Shown: in pieces, positions 24,919 to 40,329 of the stretch
Layout of the letters: each line of letters begins with the position of its first letter
Numbering within the stretch: the first letter of the stretch is position 1
Assembly: GCA_964016885.1 (NCBI GenBank)
Contig: OZ024743.1
Span: 248,310,001-248,374,000 of the forward strand
Length of the DNA stretch: 64,000 nt
Direction: 5' to 3'
Source: Eledone cirrhosa
Taxonomy: Eukaryota
Made by a program: the position numbers and the translations under genes
Notes under the pieces: generated by a model
Told to the model about the DNA's origin: nothing
Databases searched by the model: none
What the model saw: only the letters and a program-made list of their open reading frames with translations

Positions 24919-27900
24919 TTAGTAATAAAAGAAAGATTATCAAGCAGTTTAAAGTCAAATGTGCCTTCTTTGTGGACACAGGCATAGCCAAATGTTTAAG
25001 AAGATTGCTTCGCAATCATGAGTCTCAAATTCGATCCCACTGCTTGGAATCTTGGTTAAGTGTCATTTACTCAACATGGCCAAATGATGAAGAAGTTTGC
25101 TTAGCAATCATAGGTCTTCTTGGGTATCTTCTTGGTCAAGTATCATTTACCATAACCTCGGGTTGACTCAAGCCTAGTAAACGGTCCAAGCCAGATATGA
25201 AATTTAGACTCTCTTCTCTCACGAAACTGGTGATAGGTTCGGATCAGATGTAAAATCTATGTCCTATTTGAAATAAAGTATTTTAATAATCAGTTCTAAA
25301 TGTATATGTGATTTAGCTGGGTTACAGTTGTATACATGTGTAAATAATGTACTCCCGTGTAACAGAACAGAATAAAAGAACAAAAACTTGTGACGGATAT
25401 CCCCGCCACCATGAACAACGTAAGCCCTTGTCAACTACCCACTCCTCCTTGTCCTGTTTACTGTTAGTTGTGTTTGGCATCCCTGAGTTTGTAAACCTGT
25501 TTTTGACTCTCTGTTGAAGCCAATTGTATTTACTTATGTTTGCATTATCACACACCGTTTTTACCTCTTTACCTATTATTTTTTAGATTGTGTATATAAA
25601 TTATGAAGGTTTAGTAGTTAGAGAGTTCGGCATACGATCGTTGGCGCGATGGGGACGTGTTATATCCTTGAACAAAACACTTTATCTCACGCTGTTCAGT
25701 CCACTCAATTGGCAAAAAAAAAAATAAGTTGTACCTGTAGTACAAAGTTGCCAGCCTTGTCACAAACTGTGTCAATCCAAATCTCCCTGTGCGGGGAATG
25801 CTCAGCCACCTGCACGTTAATTTCACGAGCAAGCTGTTTCGTTGTTCGAACTGGAATGCTCTCGTCGGAATCGTCGGAAGTCCAACAACGTAAATTATAA
25901 ATCAAAATTAAAAAAAGAAAGCATTTGAAAATACGTTGTTTGCCTGAATGTATGTCATAAGCTTACTACCCAACAGTGTAAACAGTTAAGTGAGAGACTT
26001 ATACGTTTAGTATTACAGTACTAGTAGAAATGCAGTGGACTGGAGGAATTGTTAAAACGTCGGACCTTGAAATATCTGATTTAGCTCTGTGCTTTCTGAG
26101 TTCAAATCCCGCCTCCAGCCACCGTAAAAAAAACAAAAAAAAACACCGGTGATACTGCTGCCAGCAGTTGCAACTGACTGATAGTATCAACGGTGGAGAA
26201 GATCAATGAAAACATAGTTTCCATGTTTCATTTTGAGTATTAGTGATGATGATAATCATCATCATCATCATCATCGCCAAAATTATACTATTAGTGCAGC
26301 GGTAGATCTATTCTGTGACGCAGGTTCGATTCCTGCTTAAGCTGTTACAGTTCATTCAATGTTTGTACTTGCGGTTTCTGGCTGCATGTGAATAGAATGG
26401 GTTCTACCAGGTTGAGTTCTGCCTAAAACACGATACATAAACATAAAGTTATCGGTCATGGCATAACAGTCCGTTTACTAGTGCAGGATATTTCATTTCA
26501 TTATACTATAAGTCGAGTGCCGATTTTTTTTCAAACTTTTTATTTACTGTAATCCACTGCAAGAGCGGCATTTTCTATTGCGACCCCATATGTTTATGTT
26601 TTTATGGTTGTTGCCCCCTCTCTCTTGCTTATTTTTGTAGATGTTTTCTTAATACTCATATTATTTATGTTGCGATCCTCTGAGTTGGGAGCCACAGTTT
26701 GAAAACCCCAAATCTAGTGGATATAGTATCAGGCTATCAGGCATACGGACTGTGAGTTCATGTTTCACAAGAATTTTATCGTGTTTCAGGTAGCTAAGAA
26801 GTCTACGAGGAAGCCTCTATGTAGTCAGTGAACTTTCTAGAAATAGCTGTCAAATCTCCTTTCAAATTATAACCCTAATGTCTTGAAAAAGGACGGACAG
26901 ATTGAAATATTGTGGTTATGATGGTACACTATGCTTGGAAACATGATGGGACAGGCTAGAATATTTGTTATCATTGGTCTGCTCTAGTAGGGCTGGCCTA
27001 AAGATAAACGACCAAGGCTGGATTAGTCATTAGGCAAAATAAGCACGTGCTTAGTGCATCAAAATGGTCACCTTTTCCCCCAAAATTAAAAGTATGTAAA
27101 AAAAAAAAATTCGCCCTTAACATGGTGGATACGTAAATGTATTCGTATATTATCATATAGTTGAGAGAAAACAATCGACAATTGTTTTCTCTCAGCTATC
27201 GCTGGAACAAAAAGATGATGTTGTCATCTAACACGTGGTGTTTATGAGGCTGTTTACTTGTAAACAAACCGAATATTACGATAAAATAAAGTACCAGTAA
27301 TGCACTGGGTAATTGCTGGCCTTGTGCCAAAAAAGTAGAAACAATTATTATGATATTGTTATTATTCACTCACGAATACAAAAGTGCTTTTTCAGATTTT
27401 ATATAGAGGGGCATTATAATGTTTTAAGTGGACTTAATCAACACTCATAAATGCTAACAGCATGAGAACCAATGAAAAAACCTTTAGGCTGGCACTCAAC
27501 CTACTGGAAATATTTGCCAAATCTCTTTCAAACTACGCCCTCGTGTTTTATAAAAAGAAGAATATGATGGATAATGTAATGTAAAAAAGTGTGTGTGTGG
27601 ATGGGTGGGGGTGGGGGTGATGCTCACAACTTGAATTCATTTGTTATTAAGTATTTTTTTAATCAGAACTAAACAACAATTATTAGAACTTCCAAGATAG
27701 ACTAGTGATTAATCGCGGGGTTGACTATGGAATATATTCTACAGCACTGCTCAAACCACAAAACAGTAAAATGCCATTTAATCTCACGAAAAATTATAGA
27801 GTCAGCCAATTATGGATGAGTGGCTAAGTTACCGGATTGACAGTTTAGAGAGGGACAGAGTCGGAACCTGGATATTTAGTACCCTAGCTCTTTGTGTACC

Positions 27901-30328
27901 CCATTCTCCCAAAATAATATAATTTCAACTTACAGTTTGATAAGCTGACGAACATACTTTTTGACACTTCTTGCTCTGACTACACTAAAAAAATTACTAA
28001 GCCTACATTTTCCACTACACAGTCAACACTCTCCCGTGCCAATTACAGGTCATAGCACCATACGACCTCTCTGCCTCTGCTACACGGTGTAGATGTTTAG
28101 TGATTTATTTATTTGGTCGCAGGAAATTATATATTTTATTTAATTATACAAATTCGTATAAAAGTTCAGTGCTTCATTGGGTTTGATGATAACATCAACC
28201 CAGCTTGCGGCGTTGGTCTTGGTGATAAAAGAAGATGCAGAAAGAACCGTGGAACAGCAGTATTGAACCTAGAACAAAACTTCCTTTATAGTCGGCACGG
28301 TCGAGCCTGCTGCCCTTGAGTGTTGGATTTCCGCCGGTTCCGATGACGAGTGCTCAACGAGACAGCTTGCTTTTAAATTAACTTGCAAGTGGCAGAGCAT
28401 TTCACAGATACGTGTACCCTTAACGTAGTTCTCAGGGAGATTCAGCGTGGCGCAGTGTGTGTCATGTTATGCCATGTCATGGGTCCTTAATTCCCAATGG
28501 AGTCGTAGAGGCGTCGTGGTGATATACGGTGTCTTGGTCATTTAAACTTGGCAGAGCTATTCCCTCTCCATTTATTAGCACATCGGACTTCTTCCAGAGA
28601 GAGAGAAGGAGAGAGAGAAAGAAGGAGGAAGAGAATAGACTCCAGTACTTGACTGGTATGTCATTTATCGACTTCGAAAAGATGAAAAGCAAAGTAGGCC
28701 TCGGTGGGATTAGAATTCAGAACATAGAGAACCAGAACCAATACTGGGAAGCATTCTATTTGATGTTCTAACAGCTCTGCTATTTTGCCGCCAGGAAATG
28801 ACATACATCGGAACTCGTGATATGCTGAGAATCAAGTAATGACGACTCAACCAGCTGTCTCTGTATTCCGAGGATCAAATTTCCTGTGAATAGATTATCA
28901 AATTAGAGTATTTAGATAAAACATTTGCAAATCAAAAGAGAGATTAATTAATTTTTTTTATACTTTTCATTTTATTCAATTAATTTTTTTTTTTTTTTGT
29001 TTTGGTTGGGGATTATTGATTTGCCAAAATGGGTCCCGATGATAAAAACAAAACATACAACTTTAAAAAAAAAGAGGAATTCATTGGCTAATGTAGTTTT
29101 GGAGATGTATTGCCATTGAAATTGACGGGATAGTGATGATCGCTATTGCCACCATCACCACCACTCCTTTTCTTTCCACGTCTCTTTCCTTTCTATCCCT
29201 CTTTCTCTGTCTCCCATATCTTTTGTTATTTCGCTAAGGAATGGGCCGTTGTCGGTTTCGATGACGAGTATTCCAGAATATGCAGAATTGATTAAATCTT
29301 GTACGTTTTCTGTTCAGATACTTATTATTCAATGTGTGCTAACAGTTGTCTTTACTGTAGCATTAAACAGTTTCTTCAATATTTTTGAAATAATTGTTTT
29401 CCCTGAGCATAAAACTTGATATGTTTTTGTGTGTTGATCATATCTGCTCCAGGATCATTAGCAGCCTGGGCAAAAATCAAAATAAAACGTGTTCACCAAA
29501 GGCTAATCTCTACTCTATGACATTTTAAACGGTTCAATAATGATCTCACATTGGTATAAGGTTTCACGTTTGTAAGAGAACGAATATAATCGATTGAATC
29601 GAATTCATGATACTGAGGATATTTTATTTTAATATTCGTAGCTTTTTAATGACTTCCAATTTGTTTTGAGATTTTGACATTAAATTGGACATTTCTATTA
29701 TTAATATTGAGGTCAACTTTGCTTTTCAAACTTCCATGGCAATAAAAAAAAAGATCAGTCAAGTACTGGGATAGTTCGACTACGTATGTAGGTAGGGACA
29801 CTGCCGATTTCTTCCAGAGGAGAGAAAGTGAAAAAAAGATATAGAATAAGAATTGACACCAATACTGGGCTAGTACTTTTTCTTATCGACATCGAAAGGA
29901 TGAAAGGCAAAGTTGACGTCAAAGAGATTTGAATTCAGAGAGTACAGAGAGCTGGAACGAATACCGCAATGACCTTTTATCTGACGCTCCAACGACTCTG
30001 CTAATTTGCCGCACTGATCGACTATATCCTCTTCCAAAATTTGTAACCTTCTTCCAATCTTAGGAATCAATATTACATAGTATATAACGTAATCTGTAAA
30101 GAGTAAGACTTCCCTATATTGTGGTCAGTTTGTCATTGATAATCTTATGTGTAATAAATGGTTGTGAATTCGGAATTATTTTTTAAAATTTACTTTTGGT
30201 GGAAAACGAACCTTGTCACCTTCGTAAAATACTGATAGATTTCATGGGTGACTTTACACGGATATCATAGCAAATTGACTCTTTAGAATGTTCTCCATAT
30301 CTGTTTTTATTAATTTAATCAAGATAAG

Positions 30329-30547
30329 GGCGGTGTATTGGCAGTATCGGTAGAGCGTCAGACACCATGCTTTGCAGTATAGAATTATGGACCTTTACGT
30401 TCTGAGTTCAAATCCCGTCGAAGTTAGCTTTGCTTTTCATCCTTACGGGGTCGATGAAATAAAGTACCAGTAACGCACTGGGGTCGATTTAATCGACTTT
30501 CCCCTTCCCCTAATTGTTGGCCTTATGCCTAAATGAGAAACCATTAT
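30329..30547 (+). mobile_element. Full-length SINE family A with 15-bp TSD
   Basis: TSD TTTAATCAAGATAAG at 30314-30328 and 30548-30562; A box TGGCAGTATCGG, B box GAGTTCAAATCC. Confidence 0.9.
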
Positions 30548-31704
30548 TTTAATCAAGATAAGACAAGCAAATAAATGCAATTTGAGATTTTATATCTTCC
30601 GTAGGATTAAAGCAAGAATCATCATAGTTGGGAGTCCTGAAGCCAGAACCATTACGTTAAATGAATTATAAAATGAATTAAATGTATTTTCATTGCCTTT
30701 AAATGTTAGAAATAAAATTGACTATTGTAGATTTGATTTAGTTAAACTTATGTGTTTGAATATAGGATTCAAAGAGGAGACAATTACTGCGTCGTCACAC
30801 TGAAGGAGGAAAGGCAAAGTTAAACTTGGCGGGATTTGAACTGAGAACGTAAAGCAGCGTAACTAAATGTTACAATGCATTTTATCCGACGTTCTAACGA
30901 TATTTCCAATCCAGCTTTTTTCAACCCTTTATAATTAACACATATTTTAATTCTTATTGACCAAATAAGACTATATTTTGATTAGATACAATGTTCATCT
31001 GTAGTATAAAATGGTACAGTCAATTGACTAAAATATAATAGCGTTTATCGATTCTGAAGCAATGAAAAGTAATGATGATTCTGGATTAAAATCACATATA
31101 AAAATTTTGTCTGGGTTTCTACTGACTGAAAAGACCCCAAGGATGAATTTCTTTAAATATTAATTAGTGAGAATAGGACGGCCAGTGCCCATGACCTGTG
31201 CAAGCTCTATATCTGTTGTTATGGTCATAACAGTTTTTGGAAAGCTGCTACAATGGAAATTAGAAATACAAGAGTGAAAACTAGTGCAGAGTAAAGTGAG
31301 AAGAAAACCTAATAAAACATAGTTTTGCATTTCATCCTTTCGAGCTCGATAAATAAATTATCAACACACTACTGGTGTTGGTTCTTCTTGTATCTCTCCT
31401 TACCACTTTCTTTCTCAAAAAGAAATCGGTTGTGTTCAGACCTGGTGAGGGATGAACACCGCCAGGTTTAAATCTCCCAAAACAGGCAATGTGTCAAGAG
31501 AGCGGCCCCTTACGACCTGACCAGGAGTTAAGCGTTCTTTACCTTACCTTGTGGATATTGGGCATTTTGTTTTGGTTAGCAAAATTATAAGATTTATCAT
31601 CTTTATATTCCTCCAAGAACGAAAGTAATAACATTGGGCTTTATCTTATCTTGTCTTCGTGCTGTTATTTTTATTTTCCTGCTATTAATTCCTCATGTCT
31701 ACGG

Positions 31705-31714
31705 TATATATATA

Positions 31715-31767
<53 letters not shown>

Positions 31768-31899
31768 CTAAATATGTATACACATGCACACACAAATATA
31801 AATGTATGTATGTGTGTATATATACACATGCACAATTATATACATACATATACACATATATACACACATATGTATATATATTACGTATATATATATGTA

Positions 31900-31935
<36 letters not shown>

Positions 31936-31953
31936 TGTATGTATGTATGTATG

Positions 31954-32019
<66 letters not shown>

Positions 32020-32058
32020 TGTGTGTGTATATACACATGCACACATATACACACACTT
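31705..32058. repeat. Compound (TG)n/(TATG)n/(TA)n microsatellite
   Basis: Direct reading. Confidence 0.95.
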
Positions 32059-32717
32059 TATATAAAATAATGAATGTGTCTGAGTCATTTAGTTTCGTTC
32101 CTTTAAATTCTCAATTCAAATTTCGATTTTATCAAATTAACTTTTCATTTTTTTGATTTTAATAAAAATGTGTAGACATTAATATATTGGGTTCGATGTA
32201 CTGAAATATATACTGAATTAAGAAGTCCATATATTTATGTTTGAAAGCGCGTGGCTTAGTGTTTTGTAGTGTTCGGTTCACGATCCTAATGTTGTAAGCT
32301 TGATTCTCAGTGGTGCGTTCTGAGTAAGACACGTCATTTTGCATTGCTCCAATTACACTCAGCTGGAAAAAATGAGTTGTTCCTGTATTTCAAAGGGTCA
32401 GCCTTATCATATAGTGATAAGAACTACGTCAAGAGTGCACGTATCTGTAGTATGCTCAGTCACTTGCTCGTTAATTACATGAGCATGCTGTCCCGTTGAT
32501 CATACAACAGAAACACTTCTCATCGAAACCGATGGAGGCGCAACACATTTACTATGTGCTAAATACGAAATCGACTAAGCAACTATATAAAACTTCCTAT
32601 ATATATGACATTCCGACCTTCATCTTATTTCCTTTATTTTTAGTCGTATTGTTACAACTTGTTTATGAAGATTTTGGATCAAATTCTATATCTCGCAAAT
32701 ATCTTCCGCCTCATTCA

Positions 32718-32806
<89 letters not shown>

Positions 32807-33939
32807 TAAAAGAATCGGTGCTTTCACCCTTAACGGGATCTTCTGAAACCTTAGCTGCAGTACAGCCTGTACAATTCGATTTGTTTTGCGGCAATCACAG
32901 AACACTCAATGGATCGAAAGTTAAAAACAAATATTAAGTCTAGAATTAAACACCGTAGTTATAAAATGTGAGTCCAAGATAACCAACCGAAGGCACACAC
33001 TATACATACAACAAAATAACGATATATACAAAAAGTTTTTCATATATATGAAATTTGTTGCAACCATTTAGTTGTATCTCAGAACGGGACACTTACATTT
33101 GGTGTGAATCATTCCATATATCTGTAGGTTAGGGGCACCATATCTGCAATGCCGTCATATCCACGAGAATATCCTTCTCTCATCTGTTTACCGCTACTGA
33201 ATCCTAATGATGAAATTAGTAATCAGAGATGTACATAGTATTATATATACTTGATACTAGTTTATGTTTAGATTCTGATCCATTCAAACACTACCTCTTC
33301 ATTTCTATATGAGGAACACGTATTTGTGCATCTCACATAAAAAAGCATACTTAAAAAATCTGTATTATCTTTTACTCTATTGGTAGCGTGAAAGCCGACG
33401 AACATATTTCTATATATCCGATCGTTGTGAAATACTCTCATATTATTTTCAAGGATATTTTAACAAGTGACATTCTTGAATTTGACATAGCTGTTGACAT
33501 AGAATAAATCGGTCCTTGTTTGGTGATGGTAGTGGTAGAGACACCTGACAGAGATACACTGCAAAAGGAGAAATAGCATTGTTGTGGAGCTATAGAGACG
33601 CTGCTATGAGTCACCATATTCATTCAACGAGATGAATCAGGTTGGGTACTATTTTTATAAACATTACTTGCGTAGAAGGTTTAGTCTTGTCTCTCCCTAT
33701 CTCCATTGCCGAAGGTCGGGGACCATGGACAATTGCACCAATGCTCATCTATATGATACGGTATATCTACGATTCTCATCTAAAAAAAAATATAACGCCC
33801 GTGGATTTCGAATCCTTGTCCAACCATTACTTCGAAGCTAGCTACCGAGCCGTAGCTCAGCCGCCTTCATCACAAGGATGAAACTGTTAGCCACTTAAAA
33901 GGTTGTCACCAATGTAACTAAGGAGTCCCATCTTCTCTG

Positions 33940-34230
33940 GTTTTTAAATCAGCGTGATCCTTCTCCTAAACAGACAGCCAACCAAGGCTAACGAGCTCTG
34001 TCTACCCACCCCTCTCTTTTTACACAGTAGTGGATGGTCATCGACTCTCATGATTTCCTCCGCCCTTTGATAGGTTTTGTTTTTCGTCCTGCAATGTTTT
34101 TAAAAATCACTCTCCTCACCAAGAAAGCTAGGTGGGATTGTCGGTTTATTTGCCGATGATTCGACTATGTGATTGTTTGTACTAGGTTACATGTTCTAGT
34201 AGTGCCCGAGAACGACCTGACATAGTGTAG
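33940..34230 (-). mobile_element. Old RTE-related non-autonomous element
   Basis: Minus strand TAGCCTTGGTTGG..TAGGAGAAGGATCACGCTGATTTAAAAACC, similar to the 5' motif of the 18906 element. Confidence 0.45.
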
Positions 34231-37200
34231 CTAGTGTTGTCTATAAAAGGATATGCTTGTAGACACTCAATATGAAATCAATCCTTTAGTTTTTACAAGG
34301 CTATTTAACTGGCAAGGAAAGTAGAGAGAGTCAGAGGTAAAGTGAATACATGAGCAAAAGGATTTGGTTTATGTCTGTTGTGAGTTGAACCTCACTTAAC
34401 ATTGAAAACTACTAAGATTAGTTATTAAAACTACAACCGTCACATACATTTAGTTATGGTATAGTAATATGTACTATGCTTTTACTAAGGGTTTTAAGTG
34501 CCCGTGCAGTCGTGCGTAGACACATACATCCACATGACCCTATCTCATTTGATCCAGTGGAACATCGAGGATGTGACAGCTCGAAGGAAAAAAGGCTACA
34601 CCAGCATTGAGCTAGTACTTTCTTTATCGACCCTGAAGGGTGAAAGGTAAGATCTCGGTGGGATTTGAAGTCAGAACCTGACAACTCTGTCAAATCAATT
34701 ACCTTAAGATTAGTTATACGAAGGTGACAATTGGATTGTTGCAATGTTTGCTGAAACCAATTTTATTATTGAAACGATAATCTAGGGTGGATTAGCAGAA
34801 TCCTTAGAGCGTCGGATAAGATGTCTTTGTTCCGGCTCTTTAAATTCTGAGTTCAAATCTTACCGAGGTCAACTTCACCTTTCATTTTTACGATGTCGAC
34901 AAAATAAGGTCAAGTATTGGAGTCGATTTAATCGACTTTCTCCTCCCACTAAATTGCTGGCCTTGAGCCTAAATTAGAAATTATTATCATAATTGATAAT
35001 ATAATGCTTTATGCCTATTTGAAAATTTCTTTTCGCTATATTCCTTCTTCATCTGCTGCTGTGGAAAAAAAGCCAAACTCTGTCTTATATTTCATCACCC
35101 ACATTACAACATGATAAATGAGATCAGATATCTTTTTCAATGGTATCCAGGCTCATCTAAAGCTAGTAAGAGGGCTAGGCCATATGTAAAATCTAGGCCT
35201 CAATTCAAACAGCTTATTAAGTATTTTAGTAATTAATACTAAATACATATGGTTTATGTATAGGTTACAGGTATATACGTGCACATGTAGTGCTTTGGTA
35301 TATTTACATGTAATACAATATAAGAAATAAATAAAAATCCCACCAGAACTTAAAGCTGGAAAGCCTCAAATTTGTTGGCCCATGCCGACTAGCTCACTAG
35401 CCACGGCCTTCTAATTTTGGTTGGTGATATCCACAGGGTATTTGACTATTTGTCATTTATTGATGCTTATGGTGCAAATGTAATGTGTTTATGTGGTAGA
35501 TCCAGGGTTTCTTATCAACACCCCTTATTTATACACTGGCAAAGGAAGGTTGTAAAGACGTTAGAAGTCGCTGGTGAGCCGAGAAAAGTTGCCGTGTTTT
35601 GACAGTAGGTGGTATCAGCCAGAGTCCGTTGAAGTCATTTTGATTGTCTTCTTCCACTCAAATCTATAGAATTATCATTGCTGTTGTGTAACCTTGGCTA
35701 GCAGTGATTCAACAGACCCTTGGTCCTGAGATAACCAATTGATATAAGATGTCAGTGTCTACGTATACGCATATTATTTAAACACGAATCAACATATATA
35801 AGAATGTTTTAATTTATTGGCAAATTTGAAATATTCAGCTTTATAGAGACATAACTACAAGTTGCCGACAGAATGGGTCTCAAAATATGGAGGTTTAATG
35901 CTGTGAAGTTTAAAATTGCGATAAAGGTGTGTTTGCAAGTATTGGTGCGTGTGTGTTATGTAATGTAAATACACACAGACAGAGAGAGAGTGTGTGTGTG
36001 TAAAAGTATATGTTAGATTTTCAAAAAAATATTAAATATTTCAAGTATAGCTCAGAGCGGTAGAATCATTAGAGTGCCAGACTTTACCATATTTAAATCA
36101 GCTCTTTACGTTCTGAATTCAAATCACGCCGAGATCAACTTTACCTTTTATCCTTCCGGGGTCGATAAAACAATGTACTCGTCAAGTACTAAGGTTGATT
36201 TAACCAACTTTGCTCATCCCCACATATTTGCTGACTTTGTGCCTATATAAGAAATCAATTTAAATATAGCTTTGCATTGCGGAGATAAACATTTTATTAG
36301 TTGTGAACTGGTGTTCGCAACAATTTCAACTCCTTCCAACCGTATCGCTCCCGCCAACGGTGTGAGTTACCTGAGAATTTCCGGGTTCTTTAATCCTATA
36401 CTGTAGCACATTTTTCCTCCTTCATCACTCATGCAGACACTATTATTTTATTTCACTACTTGCTGAAGATTTGTTCTTTGCTTTTTAAATTGGTCTTTTT
36501 CCCACACACGCCTGTCAATATCTTTGCTTTCTTCTCTACTTCATTGCTGACTTTCCTAAGACCACTGCCAGCCAGGTAGGACTTAGTACATCTATCTATA
36601 AATCAACAACATCCCACCTCCACTGAAAGTACTATACTCTTCCACCATTTTGTGCCTTACACGATCACCTTAATTTTTCATATCTTCGGCTTTTCCTTTC
36701 ATATATTCATTCTACATTGCCTTCTCTTTCTTTTTCGTTTCCTTATTGCTATTTTATATTTTACAGTTTTTATCACATTTTCTCTTTAATTTAATAAACT
36801 TCTTGGAGTTTCTACTGTTATTAAAGTCGTGAAATTTGTTGGTATTTTTACAATGACGACTACAGAAAAGTGGACGTCACACACATTCTCTCTTCATCTT
36901 TATACAACTATCTTTCATTAAGTCTGCTAACCATCTCTTTCCAACTAGTTATTACATCTAATACATCCACTGTATATGTACTTGAAATACGATTACCGCT
37001 TGGTAGCTTTAACGATTAAATTTTGTTTGTTTATCTGAATGGTTAAGGAATCCGTTTCTCGATCATTATGTCCCAGGGTTCAATACCTCATCATGTCATC
37101 TTAGGCAAGTGTCATTTACTATACTCGATTCATATTTTGTGAGTGAAATTTGGCTGACGGAAACTGTTCGGAAGTCCGTCGGATGGACTGTATCTGTAAT

Positions 37201-39273
37201 TCAAAGGTCCAGATTATTCACACACTGTCATGCTGAATCTTTCGGAGAATCACGTTAACGGTACACGTGTCTGTGGAATGCTCAGCCACTTACACGCTAA
37301 TTTCACGACCTGGTTTTTCCGTTTATCGAACAACTGAGACACTAATCGTCGAAACCGATGGAGGTCCATCCCTAATGCTGAATACTATTTTTGTTGCTAT
37401 CGACTTTCCTACTTTTCTGGTTTTTCGTCTCAACGACACTGTTGTGATTTTTCAATACTGCACTAGTTCCCTCCTTTTTTTCTTTTATCCATTTGCCTTT
37501 TTTTTTTAATTAACAACCTTCCTTTATACTATATCTATTTATTCTTGCGTTATCACTTATGTAATTCTTGTATGTTTTGTATCGTGTTCTTCAACAACCA
37601 CCGCGTTTGATCCTTTTTGAATTGTATGATCCCGTGACTCCTGATAGAGTTGTAGGGATTCCGTCTAATGGGCATTTTTTATATAAAAAAAAACAAAAAA
37701 CGTGGCAGAGCTCATCTCCGAGAGAGAAAAAGGGAGTAAGAAAGAGATACAGAGAAAGAAACGACCCCACTACTAGACTGGTACTTTTTCATCGACATTG
37801 GAAGGTGTCGTCGACCTCGGCAAGATTTGAACTCTCGGTGCATAGAACCGGAATGAATACCTCAAAGTATTCTGTCCAATGTTCTGACAAGTCTGCCAAT
37901 TCGTCACCTCTTCAAACCTTTACTCTGTTTAGTCTGTTGTCTTCCTCACCTGATCTATTACCCTTTAGTTGGTGACCTCAGTACCTTTTCCTCATGCCTA
38001 CCAACTAATTATTCTCTCCAATTAGCGCTCTTGATAGCTTCATTAATTATGGTAAGAATAATGTTTTAATTTTCCTTAGGCCCATTCCTGTCCAACTTAC
38101 TAGTTCTGTATATATCAGTTCTAGTAAATATGAATGTTATTTTATCAAGGTGTAACATACAATTATATTAGTTTGGAGTTAATGCACAACAATTAGCCAC
38201 CGGACTAGTATGATCTCCCTAACATTTAGTTTGGATTTACACACAACCATTACTCATTGAGTCATCGGACTAATGAAATGGCCTATACGCCCATTCTTGT
38301 GTTTACCACTTCTACTAACCTTGAATATTGTCCTGTGTAACATACAGTTTATAAGTTTGAACTCATTACCCAGCCATTACTAATTAAATTAACGGTTTAT
38401 ATAGGTTTCTTAAATATTTATTTGGAATCATTTTGCAACTAACACTTATAAAGTAATATAATATTCTTAACCATTGGCTTGGATCAAGTGCACAGCAATT
38501 ATTCATTTAGCCTTTGTCCTATTATATTTTTCTTTAACACCTAACACACTTTGTACTACATGAAACCACATTTGTAAGACGTTCTTGAAAAGTAAAAAAC
38601 AACAACACGATGTCTACATCACATTAAAAAGTCTTTACTCTTATCCTGAAAATTTGCACCACAATCTGTCCACTAGTAAAGCTACTATAAACAGATAAGT
38701 TAGATATTTTCTACCAAATCATTACGAGATATTAAGAGTTAATAGAATTTTCTAAACTTTAACTTCATTACCAGCGACTTGTTCTGTTTCTCCCCTTAAT
38801 TCCTCACATTTTCTCAGCTCGCTTCTACTCTGACCCAAACTGACATTCCTGAAGATTTCGGTTCCACTTCAATTCTCTTACCGTTTTTTTTTTCTCGTCT
38901 TATCTGATGGACTTCTTTAGCATTAGAACTTTTCTTTAAGCTTTTGTCTTCATCATTAACTGATCAGCTGGTACCAGTAGCTGACAAATATTTGGATGGC
39001 CCCCATCCCTGTTTGAATATCGTAGACTACCATAAAATAATTTAACACAAAATCTTTATCTTTTCTAACAGACACGGAGCTATACACCACCCCACTCCGC
39101 TTGTGATAAACAGGTTATAGTATATCATTTACACACCTTGCCATCTACTAGATTTTTAAAGTATTTTATATTTCATCCGTTTATTTATGTACCTACCAAC
39201 GCCCCTGCATGTTGGTGTAAGTATGGGATTGTGTGTGTGAGAGAGAAAGGATGTCTGTGAGTATAAGCTTATG

Positions 39274-39618
39274 TACTCTCAGGTCTTGTATAATTCTTAA
39301 TTTTTCAAATATTTTCCAGCCACCGCTTTTATTCCACCCCACACCGCTATTTAAATTTTGCTAATATCTATCTACAGTGAAATTTTATTGTAAGTGATTT
39401 ATATTGATACAGCAGCTGGAGAATCTAATAATAATTTTATTTTACATTAAAAAAACAATATACATGACAAAAGAAGAACATTACAAGAAATCCCATATTT
39501 ATGAACGTACACTACACAATTACCGATCCCCCCACCGATTATTCCAGCCCCCCCCCCCCGCGCTTATAAGAATTTAAGCAAACGTCCACCACCCCTTATT
39601 ATTTGGGACCCGTGAGTA
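39274..39618. mobile_element. Tc1/mariner-like MITE
   Basis: TA-flanked imperfect TIRs TACTCTCAGGTC / GACCCGTGAGTA. Confidence 0.4.
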
Positions 39619-40329
39619 TATGTGAGTTGTGTTTGCTTGTTGGACCTCCGTCGTTTCCAACGACGAGTGTTCCAGGTGATTCAATCAACAGAACTGCCTG
39701 CTCGTGGAATTAACGTGTAAGTGGCTGAGCATTGCACAGACATGTTCACCCATAATCTAGTTCTCAGGGAGATTCAGTGCGACACAATGTGTGACGCGGC
39801 TAGCGCCTTGAATTACGTGTACAACTCAGTTTTGCTGGGAATCCAACTCATGGCCTTGTGACGCAGCTAGCCCAGTAATCTAACCACTACTTCTAGCAGC
39901 TCCACATGTTCAACTCCTTCCCTTTTATAACTTCCTGCCTGGCGTATAATATACTAAACGTGAAACTATAACCTGTCATTTCGCCACTCCTACAATTGTC
40001 AATTACCCTTTAATTTCCTGGCCCTACCTGGTCAATAACTTATATAAAATAAAGAATATGCAAAAGCCCATTGCTCTCTGACGAATTCTTATTGAAGAAA
40101 ACAGAGCTAGTCCTGTAAGAGCCATTATTTAATAAGTTAATTAACTCCTTCTACTTGATGTTTAGAGCACTTTACTTTAAGTGTGACCCTTTCCATTCCT
40201 AACGGAATAACTTACAATAACATATCTTTGAATTAAATTAAACTGGTAAACTGATTAAAAAAAAAAAGAATCTTAAAAGACCCCCGTTTAAAAAAAAAGA
40301 ATCTTAACAAGACCCCCCCCCCCCCCATG

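Noticed and set aside
32815-32850. Minus-strand CAGAAGA-tccc-gttaa-gggt-GAAA hammerhead-like motif beside (TA)n
   Set aside because: Core altered, with no UH triplet or stem I; too degenerate to call.
36290-39050. Possible very old minus-strand LINE remnants
   Set aside because: Only compositional hints; no motif could be read with confidence.
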